A stretch of DNA of 64,000 bases from an uncultured bacterium (GCA_938010045.1 CALLFZ010000020.1:38754-102753), one strand, 5' to 3'. Shown: positions 37,553 to 48,226, numbered from the stretch's first letter. A program made the numbers and translations. The notes: generated from the sequence alone by a model not told the origin.

Positions 37553-38818
37553 ATGAACCATCGTGAACGCGTGCTCTGCGCGCTCGACCACCGCGAACCC
37601 GACCGCGTACCGGTGGACCTCGGGGCGACCGCCGTGACCGGCATCCACGTCTCGGCACTCGGCCGTCTGCGCCGCGCCGTGCTCGGCCCCTCCGCCGCCG
37701 CCTCTCCCCTTCGCGTACACGAGCCCTACCAAATGCTCGGTCTCGTGGATCGCGAAGTGCGCGACGCGCTCGGGTTGGACGTCGTCGGGGTCACCCCCCG
37801 CCGCACGATGTTCGGCTTCGAATGCCGCGATTGGAAGCCCCTCACGCTGTTCGATGGCACCGAATGCGAAGTGCCCGGCGGCTTCGAGATCTCGATCACC
37901 GACGAAGGCGATTGGCTCATCCACCCCGAGGGCGACCGGTCCGCCCCACCGAGCGCGCGCATGCCCGCCGGGGGCTATTTCTTCGACGCGATCATTCGAC
38001 AGCCGCCGCTCGACGAATCACACCTCGATCCCGCCGAGAACACCGAAGAATTCGCGGACCTTTCCGAGGACGACTTGGCGTGGTACGAAGCCGAGGCCCG
38101 TCGCCTCGCCGCAGAGGGACGGGCCGTCGTGCTCTCCATGCCCGGCACCGCTTTCGGCGACATCGCGCTCGTGCCAGCTCCCTGGATGAAGTACCCGCGC
38201 GGCATTCGCGACGTCGAAGAGTGGTATGTCTCACTCGCGGCGCGTCCGGCCTATGTGCGCGCTGTGTTTGACCGCCAGCTCGAGGTCGCCCGTCGCAACC
38301 TCGAGCGGATGATCGCGCGACTCGGAGATCTCGTCGACGTCGTGCTGCTGACCGGCACGGACTTCGGCGAGCAACGAGGCCTCTTCATTTCGCCGCACAT
38401 GTACCGCGAGCTGTTCCGCCCGTACCACCTCGAGATCAATCGCCTCGTCCACGAGCGCAGCCGTTGGAAGACGATGATCCACTCCTGCGGCTCCGTGTTC
38501 GACCTTCTCCCCGACTTCATCGAGGCGGGGTTCGACATCCTGACGCCCGTCCAGTGCTCCGCCGCAAACATGAACCCGCGCGATCTCAAGCGCGAGTTCG
38601 GGCGCCAGCTGGTGTTCTGGGGCGGCGGTGTGAACACGCAGCACACGCTGCCCTTTGGCACGCCCGAGGAGGTGTATCGGGAAGTCCGCGAACGGATCGA
38701 GGTGTTTCGCGAGGGTGGCGGCTTCGTCTTCAACACCATCCACAACATTCAGGGCAACACGCCTACCGAGAACATGCTCGCGATGTTCCGCGCAATTCGG
38801 GACAGCGCGCGCGGCTGA
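37553..38818 (+). CDS. Uroporphyrinogen decarboxylase (URO-D) family protein
   Basis: The 421-aa product has URO-D / MtaA-like fold features. The gene is divergent from an AraC regulator and lies in a carbohydrate locus. Confidence 0.6.
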   Translation: MNHRERVLCALDHREPDRVPVDLGATAVTGIHVSALGRLRRAVLGPSAAASPLRVHEPYQMLGLVDREVRDALGLDVVGVTPRRTMFGFECRDWKPLTLFDGTECEVPGGFEISITDEGDWLIHPEGDRSAPPSARMPAGGYFFDAIIRQPPLDESHLDPAENTEEFADLSEDDLAWYEAEARRLAAEGRAVVLSMPGTAFGDIALVPAPWMKYPRGIRDVEEWYVSLAARPAYVRAVFDRQLEVARRNLERMIARLGDLVDVVLLTGTDFGEQRGLFISPHMYRELFRPYHLEINRLVHERSRWKTMIHSCGSVFDLLPDFIEAGFDILTPVQCSAANMNPRDLKREFGRQLVFWGGGVNTQHTLPFGTPEEVYREVRERIEVFREGGGFVFNTIHNIQGNTPTENMLAMFRAIRDSARG

Positions 38819-38866
38819 CGCGCGCCGCGGGGTGTTCCGTGGACGGACCATGCAGGAGGACCAGAG

Positions 38867-40993
38867 ATGACGACACTCCGGATCGGCGGCCTCATCGTGC
38901 TCATCTCCGGCGCCGCCGCCCTCGCGGTCGAAATGACGATACACCGCCGTGTGATCCGCCTCGACGGGACCTGGGAGGTGGCCGAGGGATCCCTCGCCGA
39001 GCGGCCCGCCCGCTTCGATCACACCGTGCCGGTGCCCGGCCTCCTCGATATGGCTGACCCGCCATTTGCGCAGCCCGGCAGCACGGTGCCGGAACCAGAG
39101 CGTCGGACGCCGCGACGGCCGGCCGACCCCCACCGTGAGGCGTTCTGGTACCGCCGCACCTTCACGCTCGACGGCCCCCTCCCGCCGACCGCTCGTCTCC
39201 GCCTGCGCAAGGTCCGGTACGGCGCCGAGGTGTGGGTGAACCAAACGCGGGTCGGTGAGCACGACCGCAACTTCACGCCGGCCGAGTTCGACGTGCGCGC
39301 CCACCTGCGCGGCGACGCCGCGACGAACGAACTGGTGGTGCGCGTGGGCGCCTCGCTCGCGCAGGTGCCCCCCCACCGGTGCGACGGCTGGGACTTCGAA
39401 AAGTCCCGGTACATCCCGGGCATTTACGATTCCGTGGAACTGATCCTCACCGGCGAGCCCTACATCCGAAACATCCAGGTGGCGCCGCTCCCGCGCCACG
39501 GTACCGCGCGCGTGCGCGTGGAGCTCGACCGCGCCTGGGTCGGTACCGCGAGCGTGCAGATTGTCGAGTGGCAAAGCCGGGTAACCGTCGGCCAGGGCCG
39601 ATTGATCTGGCTCGGAGGCGACCTGGCAGACGATGAGTTCACCATCCTCAATCCGCGCCCCTGGTCCCCAGAGGATCCGTTTCTCTACGAGGTCGTCGTC
39701 ACCGCCGGTGGCGATGCCGCGCGCACGCGGTTCGGCCTGCGCTCGTTCCGGACGGACCCCGTCGCCGGCCGCGTACTGTTGAACGACCGCCCGTATTACC
39801 TCCGCGGGTCGAACGTCACGATCGATCGCTTCTTCGAAGATTCGGAACGCGGCGAGCTGCCGTGGAACCGCGACTGGGTGCGCCGGCTCCACCGGGCGTT
39901 CAAGGACATGCACTGGAACGCGCTGCGGTACTGCATCGGGTTTCCGCCGGACTTCTGGTATGACATCGCCGACGAGGAGGGCGTCCTGATCCAGGACGAG
40001 TTCCCGATCTGGTATCTCCACGCCACCAACTGGCCCGCCGCGATCACCGCCGACCACCTCGCACAAGAGTACCGCGAATGGATCGAACATCGCTGGAACC
40101 ATCCCTGCGTCGTGATTTGGGATGCTCAGAATGAGACGATCAACGACGGGGCCATCCTCAAGGCCGTGGCGATGGTCCGCGGTCTCGACCTCTCCGACCG
40201 CCCCTGGGAGAACGGCTGGGGAATCCCTCCCCGTCCCGGCGACCTCATCGAGCGCCACCCCTACCGTTCGAACCGTCCGGACTTTGCCTGGGCGGACTTC
40301 GGCCGCCACTCGGGCATTCCGGGGATCCCATGGACCGAGCCAGGCCGAGCGCTGCGGCCGCCCTATCTCATCAATGAATACGGCTGGCTCTGGATCAACC
40401 GCGATGGCTCGCTGCCCACCTTGACCAGCGGCATCTATGCGCGGTTGCTCGGACCGGATGCGACCGTCGAACAACGCCGCCGTTACTACGCGCGGGCGCT
40501 CGCCGCCAAAACCGAGTTCTGGCGCGCGCGTCGCCAGTGCGCCGGCGTCCTTCACTTCTGCGGTCTCGGCTACTCACGGCCCGACGGCCAGACCAGCGAC
40601 CACTGGCTCGATGTCCGCAACCTCGCCTGGGAGCCGATGTTTCGGACGTATGTGCGAGACGCCTTTGCGCCGGTCGGCGTGATGCTCGACTGGTGGACCG
40701 AGACCATCGTCACGAACACCGTCCTGCGGGTGCCGGTCGTGATCGTGAACGATCTCGACCGCCCGTGGACGGGCGAGGTGCGGCTGGAGCTGCGCGCCGG
40801 CGAGAGCGTGCGGGCATCCACCACACGACCCGCGCGGGCGGACGCGCTGGGCACCCACACCATCGTGATGGATCTTGCGGCTCCACGCACGCTCGGCCGT
40901 TATGAGTTGTGTGCGATCCTTTCGCCGGCCGCCGATGGAACCTCGGTGCGGAGTTGGCGTGATCTGAATGTGATCGAAGGAACAGGCCCATGA
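38867..40993 (+). CDS. Glycoside hydrolase family 2 protein
   Basis: After a signal peptide come a sugar-binding domain, an Ig-like domain and a TIM barrel (WYRRTF...LRKVRYGAEVWVNQTRVGEHD; ...IWDAQNE). Confidence 0.72.
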   Translation: MTTLRIGGLIVLISGAAALAVEMTIHRRVIRLDGTWEVAEGSLAERPARFDHTVPVPGLLDMADPPFAQPGSTVPEPERRTPRRPADPHREAFWYRRTFTLDGPLPPTARLRLRKVRYGAEVWVNQTRVGEHDRNFTPAEFDVRAHLRGDAATNELVVRVGASLAQVPPHRCDGWDFEKSRYIPGIYDSVELILTGEPYIRNIQVAPLPRHGTARVRVELDRAWVGTASVQIVEWQSRVTVGQGRLIWLGGDLADDEFTILNPRPWSPEDPFLYEVVVTAGGDAARTRFGLRSFRTDPVAGRVLLNDRPYYLRGSNVTIDRFFEDSERGELPWNRDWVRRLHRAFKDMHWNALRYCIGFPPDFWYDIADEEGVLIQDEFPIWYLHATNWPAAITADHLAQEYREWIEHRWNHPCVVIWDAQNETINDGAILKAVAMVRGLDLSDRPWENGWGIPPRPGDLIERHPYRSNRPDFAWADFGRHSGIPGIPWTEPGRALRPPYLINEYGWLWINRDGSLPTLTSGIYARLLGPDATVEQRRRYYARALAAKTEFWRARRQCAGVLHFCGLGYSRPDGQTSDHWLDVRNLAWEPMFRTYVRDAFAPVGVMLDWWTETIVTNTVLRVPVVIVNDLDRPWTGEVRLELRAGESVRASTTRPARADALGTHTIVMDLAAPRTLGRYELCAILSPAADGTSVRSWRDLNVIEGTGP

Positions 40994-41694
40994 CCGCCTC
41001 GGCGCAACGTCCATCGGACAACGGCCTCGGTGCTGTCGTCGGCCCCTGTCGAATCGCGGCGCTCGGAGCCCTGCGCTCCAGCTACGACATGGCCGCCATC
41101 CGCGGCGCAATCGGATTCGGCGTCCGCCACATTCTCGCTCAGTCCCGCGATGGAAGGGTGGACCGCCGCGAGCGCCCGGCTGGGTTGCGTGCTGGGTTCG
41201 ACCGCCGCCGGCCCGATCGGCCACCGCTGGGGTCGGCGCACCGCGCTGCGCGGGGCCGCCGTGCGGTTGGGGGTGTCTGCGATCGGCACAGCGTTGCCCT
41301 GCTCGCTCAACAAGTTCGTGTTCTATCGTGCGCTCGGCGGCATCGGCGTCGGCGCCACCGCGCTCATCAGTCCCGTCGACATTGCGGGCCTCGCTCCCGC
41401 TCCCCCCAGCGGGGCCGACTCGTCCCATGCACTCAGATGACCGTCGCCACCGTCGCGCTCTGGACGGCGAACGTCATCGTCTCCCCGACCTGCCCGATAC
41501 TGGACCGCCACCCCGCCCTGGTTTCGCGTGTCCACCATGGGTGTCCGTTCCGACTTGATGCGGCGATGTGCGCAGCCGCGTTCGGTCAGGTCGCATGGGC
41601 CGTCCCTGAAACCTGCCGCCGCGTGCTGGAGGACATTGAGCGCGGCTGGTTCACGGCGGCCGGTCATCTCGAACAAACGGAGCCCCACCCATGA
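40990..41694 (+). pseudogene. Remnant of an MFS sugar-porter gene (frameshifted/truncated)
   Basis: Frame 41030..41440 encodes a typical sugar-porter TM1-TM3 segment (RWGRRTALRGAAVRLGVSAIGTALPCS...FYRALGGIGVGATALISPVDIAGLAP). Only about 0.7 kb is available and the frame breaks. Confidence 0.4.
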
Positions 41695-43568
41695 CGCGGA
41701 TTCTCATCCCTTGCCTTGGCCGGCGGGTCCGCGACGCCGGACTCTCCGTCGTCCTGCTGCTGGCACCAGGTGTCCACGCCATCGAGTACCACGTCGCGAT
41801 GACCGGTCGCGACGAGAACCCCGGCACTGCCGCCGCGCCGTTTCGGACCATCCAGCGCGCGGCCGAGATCGCCGTCCCGGGCGATGTGGTCACCGTCCAT
41901 GCGGGGCTCTACCGCGAACGCGTGAACCCCCGCCGCGGCGGCGATTCGCCCGAACGCCGCATCGTCTACCGTGCCGCCCCCGGCGAGCATGTCGAACTGC
42001 GAGGCTCGGACATCGTCCGCGGATGGACCCGTTGTTCGAACGACCTCTGGCGCGTCGTCTTGCCGAACTCGTTCTTTGGCGACTTCAATCCGTTTGCCGA
42101 TCCGATCCGCGGCGACTGGTTTGTTCCAATGAATCGTCCGCACCACACCGGCGCCGTCTACCTCGACGGCGAGGAACTCATCGAAGCCGCATCGTTGGAA
42201 GAGCTCAACAACCCGCCGGCCACGCCGTACGCCGTCGGCTGGTGGTTCGCGACGGTGGACGCAAGCAACACCACGATTCTCGCCCGCTTCGGGGCCGCGG
42301 ATCCCAATCGGCGCATCGTCGAGATCAACACCCGCCGCACTGTCTTCTACCCGGACGCGCCGGGTCGCGACTTCATCACGGTTCGCGGGTTCACGATGCG
42401 CCACGCTGCGACGCCGTGGGCGCCGCCGACCGCCGAACAGATCGGACTGCTCGGCACCCACTGGAGCCGAGGTTGGATCATCGAACGCAACGTGATCTCC
42501 CACTCGCGCTGCGTCGGGATCACGCTCGGCAAGTACGGCGACGAATTCGACAATACCGCGAACAACACCGCCACCGGGTACGTCGCGACGATCCACCGCG
42601 CGCTCGAACGGGGCTGGACCCCAGAGCGCATCGGGGGCCACCTCGTGCGCGATAACGTCATTTCCCACTGCGAACAGGCCGGTCTGGTCGGCAGCCTCGG
42701 CGCGATGTTCAGCGTGATTTCGAACAACGTGATCCACACGATTCACACTCGTCGGCGCTTCGCCGGCGCTGAGCAGGCCGGCATCAAGATCCACGCCGCG
42801 ATCGACGCGCGCATCGAGCGCAACGTGATCGTGAACGCCTACCGCGGCATCTGGCTCGACTGGATGGCGCAAGGCACCCGCGTGAGCCGGAATGTCTGCA
42901 TCTCCAACGCCACCGAGGACCTTTTCGTCGAGGTCAACCACGGGCCCTTCGTGGTGGATCACAACTGGCTGTTGTCCCCCGTCAGCGTTTCGGACTGGTC
43001 GCAGGGCGGCGCGTTTGTGCACAACTTCTTCGGCGGTCGAATCGTGACGAAACCACAACTGAACCGGCAGACGCCCTTTCACCGGCCGCACTCAACCCAG
43101 CTGGCCGGCATGAGCGTGATCCACGGCGGCGACCACCGATTCGTGGCCAACCTCTTCGCCCCCTCGGCGGTGGTGCGCGATCCCGCGGCCTGCGGCCTCG
43201 CAACCTACGCGACCAGCGCCCTGCCCGTGGTGGCCCGCGCCAACGTGTACGCGAACGGGGCGCGCCCATATCCCAATGAGCCCGCCGCTGTGATCGTGTC
43301 TCAACCCATCCCATGGAACGTGCAGACCGACAGCGCGGGCCGGTGGCACCTCACATGGAACGGGCCAACGCCACCCGCGACTTTGGCACGGCCGCTGGCA
43401 TCCACCGAACTTGGCCATGCGCGAATTCCTAATCTGCCCTTTGTGAATCCCGACGATTCGCCCATCCTATTCGCCGAGGATGTCCTCGGCTCCGCGCGCG
43501 CCCCCGCCCCGACCGCCGGCCCTCTCCAAGTCTGGCCCCCCGACGGAGTGGTGCGGTTGTACCCTTGA
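41691..43568 (+). CDS. Right-handed parallel beta-helix repeat protein (pectin-lyase fold; putative polysaccharide lyase/hydrolase), secreted
   Basis: A signal peptide is followed by repeated NVIxxxxxGI motifs (ERNVISHSRCVGITL, RDNVISHCEQAGLVG, ERNVIVNAYRGIWLD). Confidence 0.62.
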   Translation: MTRILIPCLGRRVRDAGLSVVLLLAPGVHAIEYHVAMTGRDENPGTAAAPFRTIQRAAEIAVPGDVVTVHAGLYRERVNPRRGGDSPERRIVYRAAPGEHVELRGSDIVRGWTRCSNDLWRVVLPNSFFGDFNPFADPIRGDWFVPMNRPHHTGAVYLDGEELIEAASLEELNNPPATPYAVGWWFATVDASNTTILARFGAADPNRRIVEINTRRTVFYPDAPGRDFITVRGFTMRHAATPWAPPTAEQIGLLGTHWSRGWIIERNVISHSRCVGITLGKYGDEFDNTANNTATGYVATIHRALERGWTPERIGGHLVRDNVISHCEQAGLVGSLGAMFSVISNNVIHTIHTRRRFAGAEQAGIKIHAAIDARIERNVIVNAYRGIWLDWMAQGTRVSRNVCISNATEDLFVEVNHGPFVVDHNWLLSPVSVSDWSQGGAFVHNFFGGRIVTKPQLNRQTPFHRPHSTQLAGMSVIHGGDHRFVANLFAPSAVVRDPAACGLATYATSALPVVARANVYANGARPYPNEPAAVIVSQPIPWNVQTDSAGRWHLTWNGPTPPATLARPLASTELGHARIPNLPFVNPDDSPILFAEDVLGSARAPAPTAGPLQVWPPDGVVRLYP

Positions 43569-44170
43569 CGGCGGCCTTGCTTGGCGAATCTGTGCGGTTG
43601 GTCCAGACTGTTTCGGTCATGTACCGTCTGCGCCTACGAGTGCGGGGACGCCCCGCCGGCCGCATCACGGTCAGCGAGCCGCGCGTCATCATCGGCTCTG
43701 GCGAAACAGCGGAGTTGCGCTGGCTCAATGCGGGGCTGGCGCCGGCCCACGCCGAGCTGATCGAGCGCGACGGTGCCGTGGCGATTCGCGCTCTCAATCC
43801 GACGGATTCCCCGGTCCTCATCCATGGCCGGCCCATCAGCCAGGAAGCAGCGGTCGTGCCGCCGGATACGGTCGTTCGGCTCGGAGAGCTGGAACTTGAG
43901 GTGGCCGGCGCCAAGAGCGAGCCGCCCCCCACGGTCCGCCATCGCATCGGCGGAATGACCGCAGCCGCCGGCGTGGCCCTCGCGCTGATCCTGCTGGCGC
44001 AAACGATCATCTTGAACCGCGCGGCCACTTGGAGCCGACGGTGGCGCGATGAGTTGGCCACCGCGGAATGGGAAAAATTGCTGCTGAATCCACCCCGTCC
44101 GGCCACGCCGTCCGATGGGCCCCTCACCGGCGCCCCGCCAGACGAGGTCTCGGCCGCGCCGCAGCCATGA
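43565..44170 (+). CDS. FHA domain protein with C-terminal TM segment
   Basis: The FHA-like core is RVIIGSGETAELRWLNAGLAPAHAELIERDGAVAIRALNPTDSPVLIHGRPI, followed by a TM segment (AAGVALALILLAQTIIL). A TTG at 43565 overlaps the upstream stop; an alternative ATG lies at 43619. Confidence 0.55.
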   Translation: MTAALLGESVRLVQTVSVMYRLRLRVRGRPAGRITVSEPRVIIGSGETAELRWLNAGLAPAHAELIERDGAVAIRALNPTDSPVLIHGRPISQEAAVVPPDTVVRLGELELEVAGAKSEPPPTVRHRIGGMTAAAGVALALILLAQTIILNRAATWSRRWRDELATAEWEKLLLNPPRPATPSDGPLTGAPPDEVSAAPQP

Positions 44171-45153
44171 GCGCTCCGCCTCGCATCCTTCCGCCCGGTT
44201 GTGCGCCCACGCTGCCGGCGCGTTCCTGGCACGACCGGTATTACTCGATGTATTCAAGCGAATGGGACGCGATCACGACCGACCCCCGTTGGATGCTCGT
44301 GCCGGTGGATGACCACGTTGTGCACCGCGGCGACGGAGTCTTCGAAACGCTCAAGTGTGTCGGCGGCGCCATCTACGGTTTGCGCGAGCACATCGGCCGC
44401 CTTCGCCACTCGGCCGCGAGCATCGGTCTCGGCGTGCCATGGAGCAACGAGGATCTGGCCCAGCTAGTCGTGGCCACCGTGCGCGCCGGAGGTCGCCCCG
44501 AGTGTCTCATCCGCATGCTGCTCACCCGCGGGCCCGGCGGGTTCGGGATCGCACCCGCCGAGTGCCCCCACCCCGGGCTCTACATCATCACATACCGCCT
44601 CGCTCCCGGATTCATGACCCAGCACCCCGAGGGCGCCCGCGCGGCGCTCGTCAACGTGCCCCTAAAACCTGGATGGCTGGCCACCGTGAAGACCTGCAAT
44701 TATTTGCCGAACGTCCTCATGAAGATGGCCGCGGCGGCCACAGGCGCTGATTTTCCCATCGTACTGGACGAAACGGGCTGCGTCGCCGAAGGCGCGACCG
44801 AGAACATCGGGGTCGTCATTCGTCGGGAACTCATCCTGCCGTGCCCCGGTCGAATTCTTGAAGGCGTTACGATGCTGCGGATCTTAGATCTAGCCCGGGA
44901 AGCCGTCGCCGAAGGGACGCTCGCGGCTGTCCGCCGACACAACATCACACGCTCCGAACTCTTCAAGGCCGATGAAGTTCTAGTCCTCGGCACGACACCG
45001 GACGTCACCTCCGTCATTGCGATTGACGGACGTCCGATCGGCGATGGCCATCCTGGACCCGTTCGCGCTGACCTTCAGCGCCGCCTTGAGCGAGACCAAC
45101 TCGAAAACGCCGCGATGCGAACCCCGTGTTGGCCGGACGCGTCCCTCCGCTAG
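44167..45153 (+). CDS. Class IV aminotransferase (branched-chain amino acid aminotransferase / aminodeoxychorismate lyase family)
   Basis: HRGDGVFETLKC...YGLREHIGRL is the fold-type IV PLP motif. The ATG overlaps the FHA-gene stop (ATGA). Confidence 0.75.
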   Translation: MSAPPRILPPGCAPTLPARSWHDRYYSMYSSEWDAITTDPRWMLVPVDDHVVHRGDGVFETLKCVGGAIYGLREHIGRLRHSAASIGLGVPWSNEDLAQLVVATVRAGGRPECLIRMLLTRGPGGFGIAPAECPHPGLYIITYRLAPGFMTQHPEGARAALVNVPLKPGWLATVKTCNYLPNVLMKMAAAATGADFPIVLDETGCVAEGATENIGVVIRRELILPCPGRILEGVTMLRILDLAREAVAEGTLAAVRRHNITRSELFKADEVLVLGTTPDVTSVIAIDGRPIGDGHPGPVRADLQRRLERDQLENAAMRTPCWPDASLR

Positions 45154-45450
45154 CATTCCCGAGGTCGCATCGGACAGATTGGAGATTCCGGATCGCCCCC
45201 CAGCACGACGCGTCGGCCCAGTTCCCCGTCATTGCGGTCCGCGTCGTCGCGGTGCACGTCCTGGAGCTGAGCCATTCACGATACTCACCCGGAGCCAAGC
45301 CTCGCTCCTTCCTCTCACCCCCAAGCCCCTGCGCAAGGGTGACGAAACGCATGGCCTGGCCTCCCCGCAGCGCGCCGCCGTTCACGACGGTCGGGTCCTC
45401 CCCTCGTCGCCTCCACTTGTGAAGCGCCGGTCCGTCGGTATACTCCCGCT

Positions 45451-46212
45451 ATGGCCGAGTCGCTGGTCGTCACGCCGACGTACAACGAACGCGAAAATGT
45501 CGAGGCCATCGCGCATGCGGCGCTCGGCGCGCTCGAATCTGCCGACTATCTGTTCGTGGACGACAACTCGCCCGACGGCACGGGCGAACTCTTGGATCGA
45601 ATGGCCTCGGCGGACCCCCGCATCCACGTGCTCCATCGGCCGGGGAAACAAGGGCTCGGCCGCGCTTACGTGGCTGGGTTTCTGTGGGCGTTGGAGCGTG
45701 ACTACCGCTACATCTTCGAGATGGACGCCGATTTTTCGCACAACCCCGCCGATTTGCCGAGGCTGCGGAAACTCGCCGACGAGGCCGATCTGGTGCTCGG
45801 CTCGAGATTCGTTGGCGGCATTCGGATCACCAACTGGCCTCTCTCCCGTCTGATGCTCAGCGTGTGTGCGGCGGCCTACGTTCGCATCGTAACCGGCATG
45901 CCGTTCGCGGATCCGACCGGCGGCTTCAAGTGCTATCGGCGCGAAGTCATCGAGGAGATCGACGTCCCGACCTTGCGTTCCAACGGGTACTCATTTCAGA
46001 TCGAAACGCTCCACCGCGCCTGGATCCGCGGTTTTCGCGTCCTGGAAACGCCGATCATTTTCGAAGATCGCCGCAGCGGCGTTTCGAAGATGAACCGGTC
46101 CATCGTCAGCGAGGCGATGTTCCTCGTGGGCCGACTGTGGGTGCGTAGCGGTCTTCGCCGTCGTCCTCGCGGGGTCCACCCGCGCAGCATCGCGGCGCGC
46201 GCGGCGCAGTGA
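45451..46212 (+). CDS. GT2 polyprenol-phosphate mannosyl/glycosyl-transferase (Dpm1-like)
   Basis: VVTPTYNERENV, FVDDNSPDGT and EMDADFSH are GT2 DXD-type motifs. Confidence 0.8.
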   Translation: MAESLVVTPTYNERENVEAIAHAALGALESADYLFVDDNSPDGTGELLDRMASADPRIHVLHRPGKQGLGRAYVAGFLWALERDYRYIFEMDADFSHNPADLPRLRKLADEADLVLGSRFVGGIRITNWPLSRLMLSVCAAAYVRIVTGMPFADPTGGFKCYRREVIEEIDVPTLRSNGYSFQIETLHRAWIRGFRVLETPIIFEDRRSGVSKMNRSIVSEAMFLVGRLWVRSGLRRRPRGVHPRSIAARAAQ

Positions 46213-47363
46213 GAATCCTCGTCGTCGAGTTTCGTGACCCGCAGCACCCGCAGGCGGGCGGCGCCGAAACTCTGCTGCTTGAGGTGACCCGTCGATGGGT
46301 CGCAGCGGGTCATGCGGTGGACTACCTGTGCTGCCGTCCGGCCGGTGCCCCGCCCGAGTCTGAACTGCGCGGGGTGCACATAGTGCGGCGCGGTCCCCAG
46401 CCCGTCTTCAATTACCTCGCGCCCATCGCCGCGCTCCGGCTCCTTCGCGAGCGACGTCATGATGTGATCGTGGAAGGGCTCGACAAAGTGCCCTTTTTTC
46501 TGCCGGCGGTGCGGCCGGGCTGTCCGGTCGTCGCTCACGTGCCCCATCTGTTTGGCGAGACCATTTTCCGGGAGGCGCCGTGGCCGGTGGCCGCCTACGT
46601 GTGGGCGATGGAGCGCCCGATCCCGATGGTCTATCGGCGCTGCCGTTTCTCCGCGCTCTCGGAGACGACGCGCGATGACCTGGTCCGGCGCGGCGTGCGG
46701 GCCGACCGCATCCGCGTCATTCCCCCCGGCATTGACCATGACCGGTACGGCCCCGATCCCTCGGCGCCGCGGGCGCCGGTGCCGACGTTGCTCTACGTCG
46801 GCCGGCTCAAACGCTACAAGAACATCGAAACCGCGATCGAGGCCCTGGCGCGGCTCCGACGCGACGTGCCCGACGCGCGGCTGGAGATTGTCGGCGCGGG
46901 CGACCACGAGGGGCCGTTGCGGCAGCGTGCCGCGGAATTGGGGTTGACCGCCGCGATCGAATTCACCGGCCGCATCAGCGAGAAGGAGAAGATCGCTCGT
47001 CTGCGCCGCGCGACGGCGCTGGTGTATCCCTCGCCGAAGGAGGGCTGGGGACTCTCCGTGATCGAGGCCAACGCCTGTGGCACTCCCGCGATTGCGAGCA
47101 ATTCGCCCGGGCTGCGCGACGCCGTGGCCGACGGTCTCAGCGGCCTGCTCGTGCCCCACGGCGATCCCGGCGCGCTGGCCGAGGCGGCCCGCCGAATCAT
47201 CCGGGACCCTGAGTTCGCCGCTCGTCTTCGCGAGGGCGCGCTGAGCTGGGCGGCCAGGTTCTCGTGGGACCGCGCCGCCGGGGAGATGGCCGAGCTGCTG
47301 TGCGACGCGATCGCCGACCGCCGCGTTACGCGCGCGGGTGAAAGCGTTCGTGGACCTGCTTGA
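46209..47363 (+). CDS. Glycosyltransferase family 4
   Basis: The C-terminal GT4 motif (PSPKEGWGLSVIEANACGTPAIASNSPG) is present. A GTG start overlaps the GT2 stop. Confidence 0.8.
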   Translation: MRILVVEFRDPQHPQAGGAETLLLEVTRRWVAAGHAVDYLCCRPAGAPPESELRGVHIVRRGPQPVFNYLAPIAALRLLRERRHDVIVEGLDKVPFFLPAVRPGCPVVAHVPHLFGETIFREAPWPVAAYVWAMERPIPMVYRRCRFSALSETTRDDLVRRGVRADRIRVIPPGIDHDRYGPDPSAPRAPVPTLLYVGRLKRYKNIETAIEALARLRRDVPDARLEIVGAGDHEGPLRQRAAELGLTAAIEFTGRISEKEKIARLRRATALVYPSPKEGWGLSVIEANACGTPAIASNSPGLRDAVADGLSGLLVPHGDPGALAEAARRIIRDPEFAARLREGALSWAARFSWDRAAGEMAELLCDAIADRRVTRAGESVRGPA

Positions 47364-48213
47364 GCCGTCCCGCGTCCACGTGGGTGTAGATCTGGGTCGT
47401 CGCGATGTCGGCGTGGCCGAGCATCTCTTGAATCACGCGCAGCGGCGCTCCGTTCGCGAGCAGGTGGGTGGCGAAGGTGTGCCGCAAGGTGTGGGGGTGC
47501 ACGCGCTTCGCGAGACCCGCGCGCGCGGCATACCGACGCACCCGCGCCCAGATCGTCCGCCGGTTCAGGGGGCCACCCCGCGCCGAGAGGAACAGAGCCG
47601 GAGAACTCGACCGTCGCGCAAGCCGTGGCCGCTCCTCCTCGAGGTACCGCCGCAGCCATGCCGCCGCGGTCTCGCCAAACGGTACCACTCGTTCCCGCCC
47701 GCCCTTCCCAAGGCAACGCAGCATGCGGTCCTCCAACCGTACGCGATCGAGCGTGAGCCCTGCCGCTTCGGACACCCGCAATCCCGTCGCATACAAGAGT
47801 TCGAGAAGCGCGCGATCACGGACTCCATGCGGCCGGTCCATGTCGGGAGCCGCGAGCAGGCGGTCCACCTCCCGCTGGGTCAGCGCATCCGGCAGCACCC
47901 GCCACACCCGTGGCGCATCCATCGTCTCCGCCACATCCGCAGCCAACAGCCCCTCGGCGTGAAGATACCGGAACCAGGACCGGATCGCGGCCAGACGCCG
48001 GGCGATCGTCGTACTGAGCAGCCCCGCATCGCGCCCCTCCATCAGAAACGCAACAATCTCCGCGCGGCCGATCCCCGCGGGCGAGGTGATCCGTCGGCCG
48101 GCCAGAAACCGTTCGAACTCGATCAGGTCCGTCCGATAGGCCGCGCGCGTGTGCGGGCTCAGACCACGCTCGAGTTCGAGAAACTCAATGAACTGGTCAA
48201 TGAATGCCCGCAC
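47326..48213 (-). CDS. xerD: Tyrosine recombinase XerC/XerD
   Basis: The RHTFATHLL...LGHADIATTQIYTHV catalytic region and an N-terminal SAM-like domain are present. XerC versus XerD cannot be resolved from this sequence alone. Confidence 0.85.
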   Translation of the reverse strand: MRAFIDQFIEFLELERGLSPHTRAAYRTDLIEFERFLAGRRITSPAGIGRAEIVAFLMEGRDAGLLSTTIARRLAAIRSWFRYLHAEGLLAADVAETMDAPRVWRVLPDALTQREVDRLLAAPDMDRPHGVRDRALLELLYATGLRVSEAAGLTLDRVRLEDRMLRCLGKGGRERVVPFGETAAAWLRRYLEEERPRLARRSSSPALFLSARGGPLNRRTIWARVRRYAARAGLAKRVHPHTLRHTFATHLLANGAPLRVIQEMLGHADIATTQIYTHVDAGRLKQVHERFHPRA

Positions 48214-48226
48214 AGACCGACACCGC

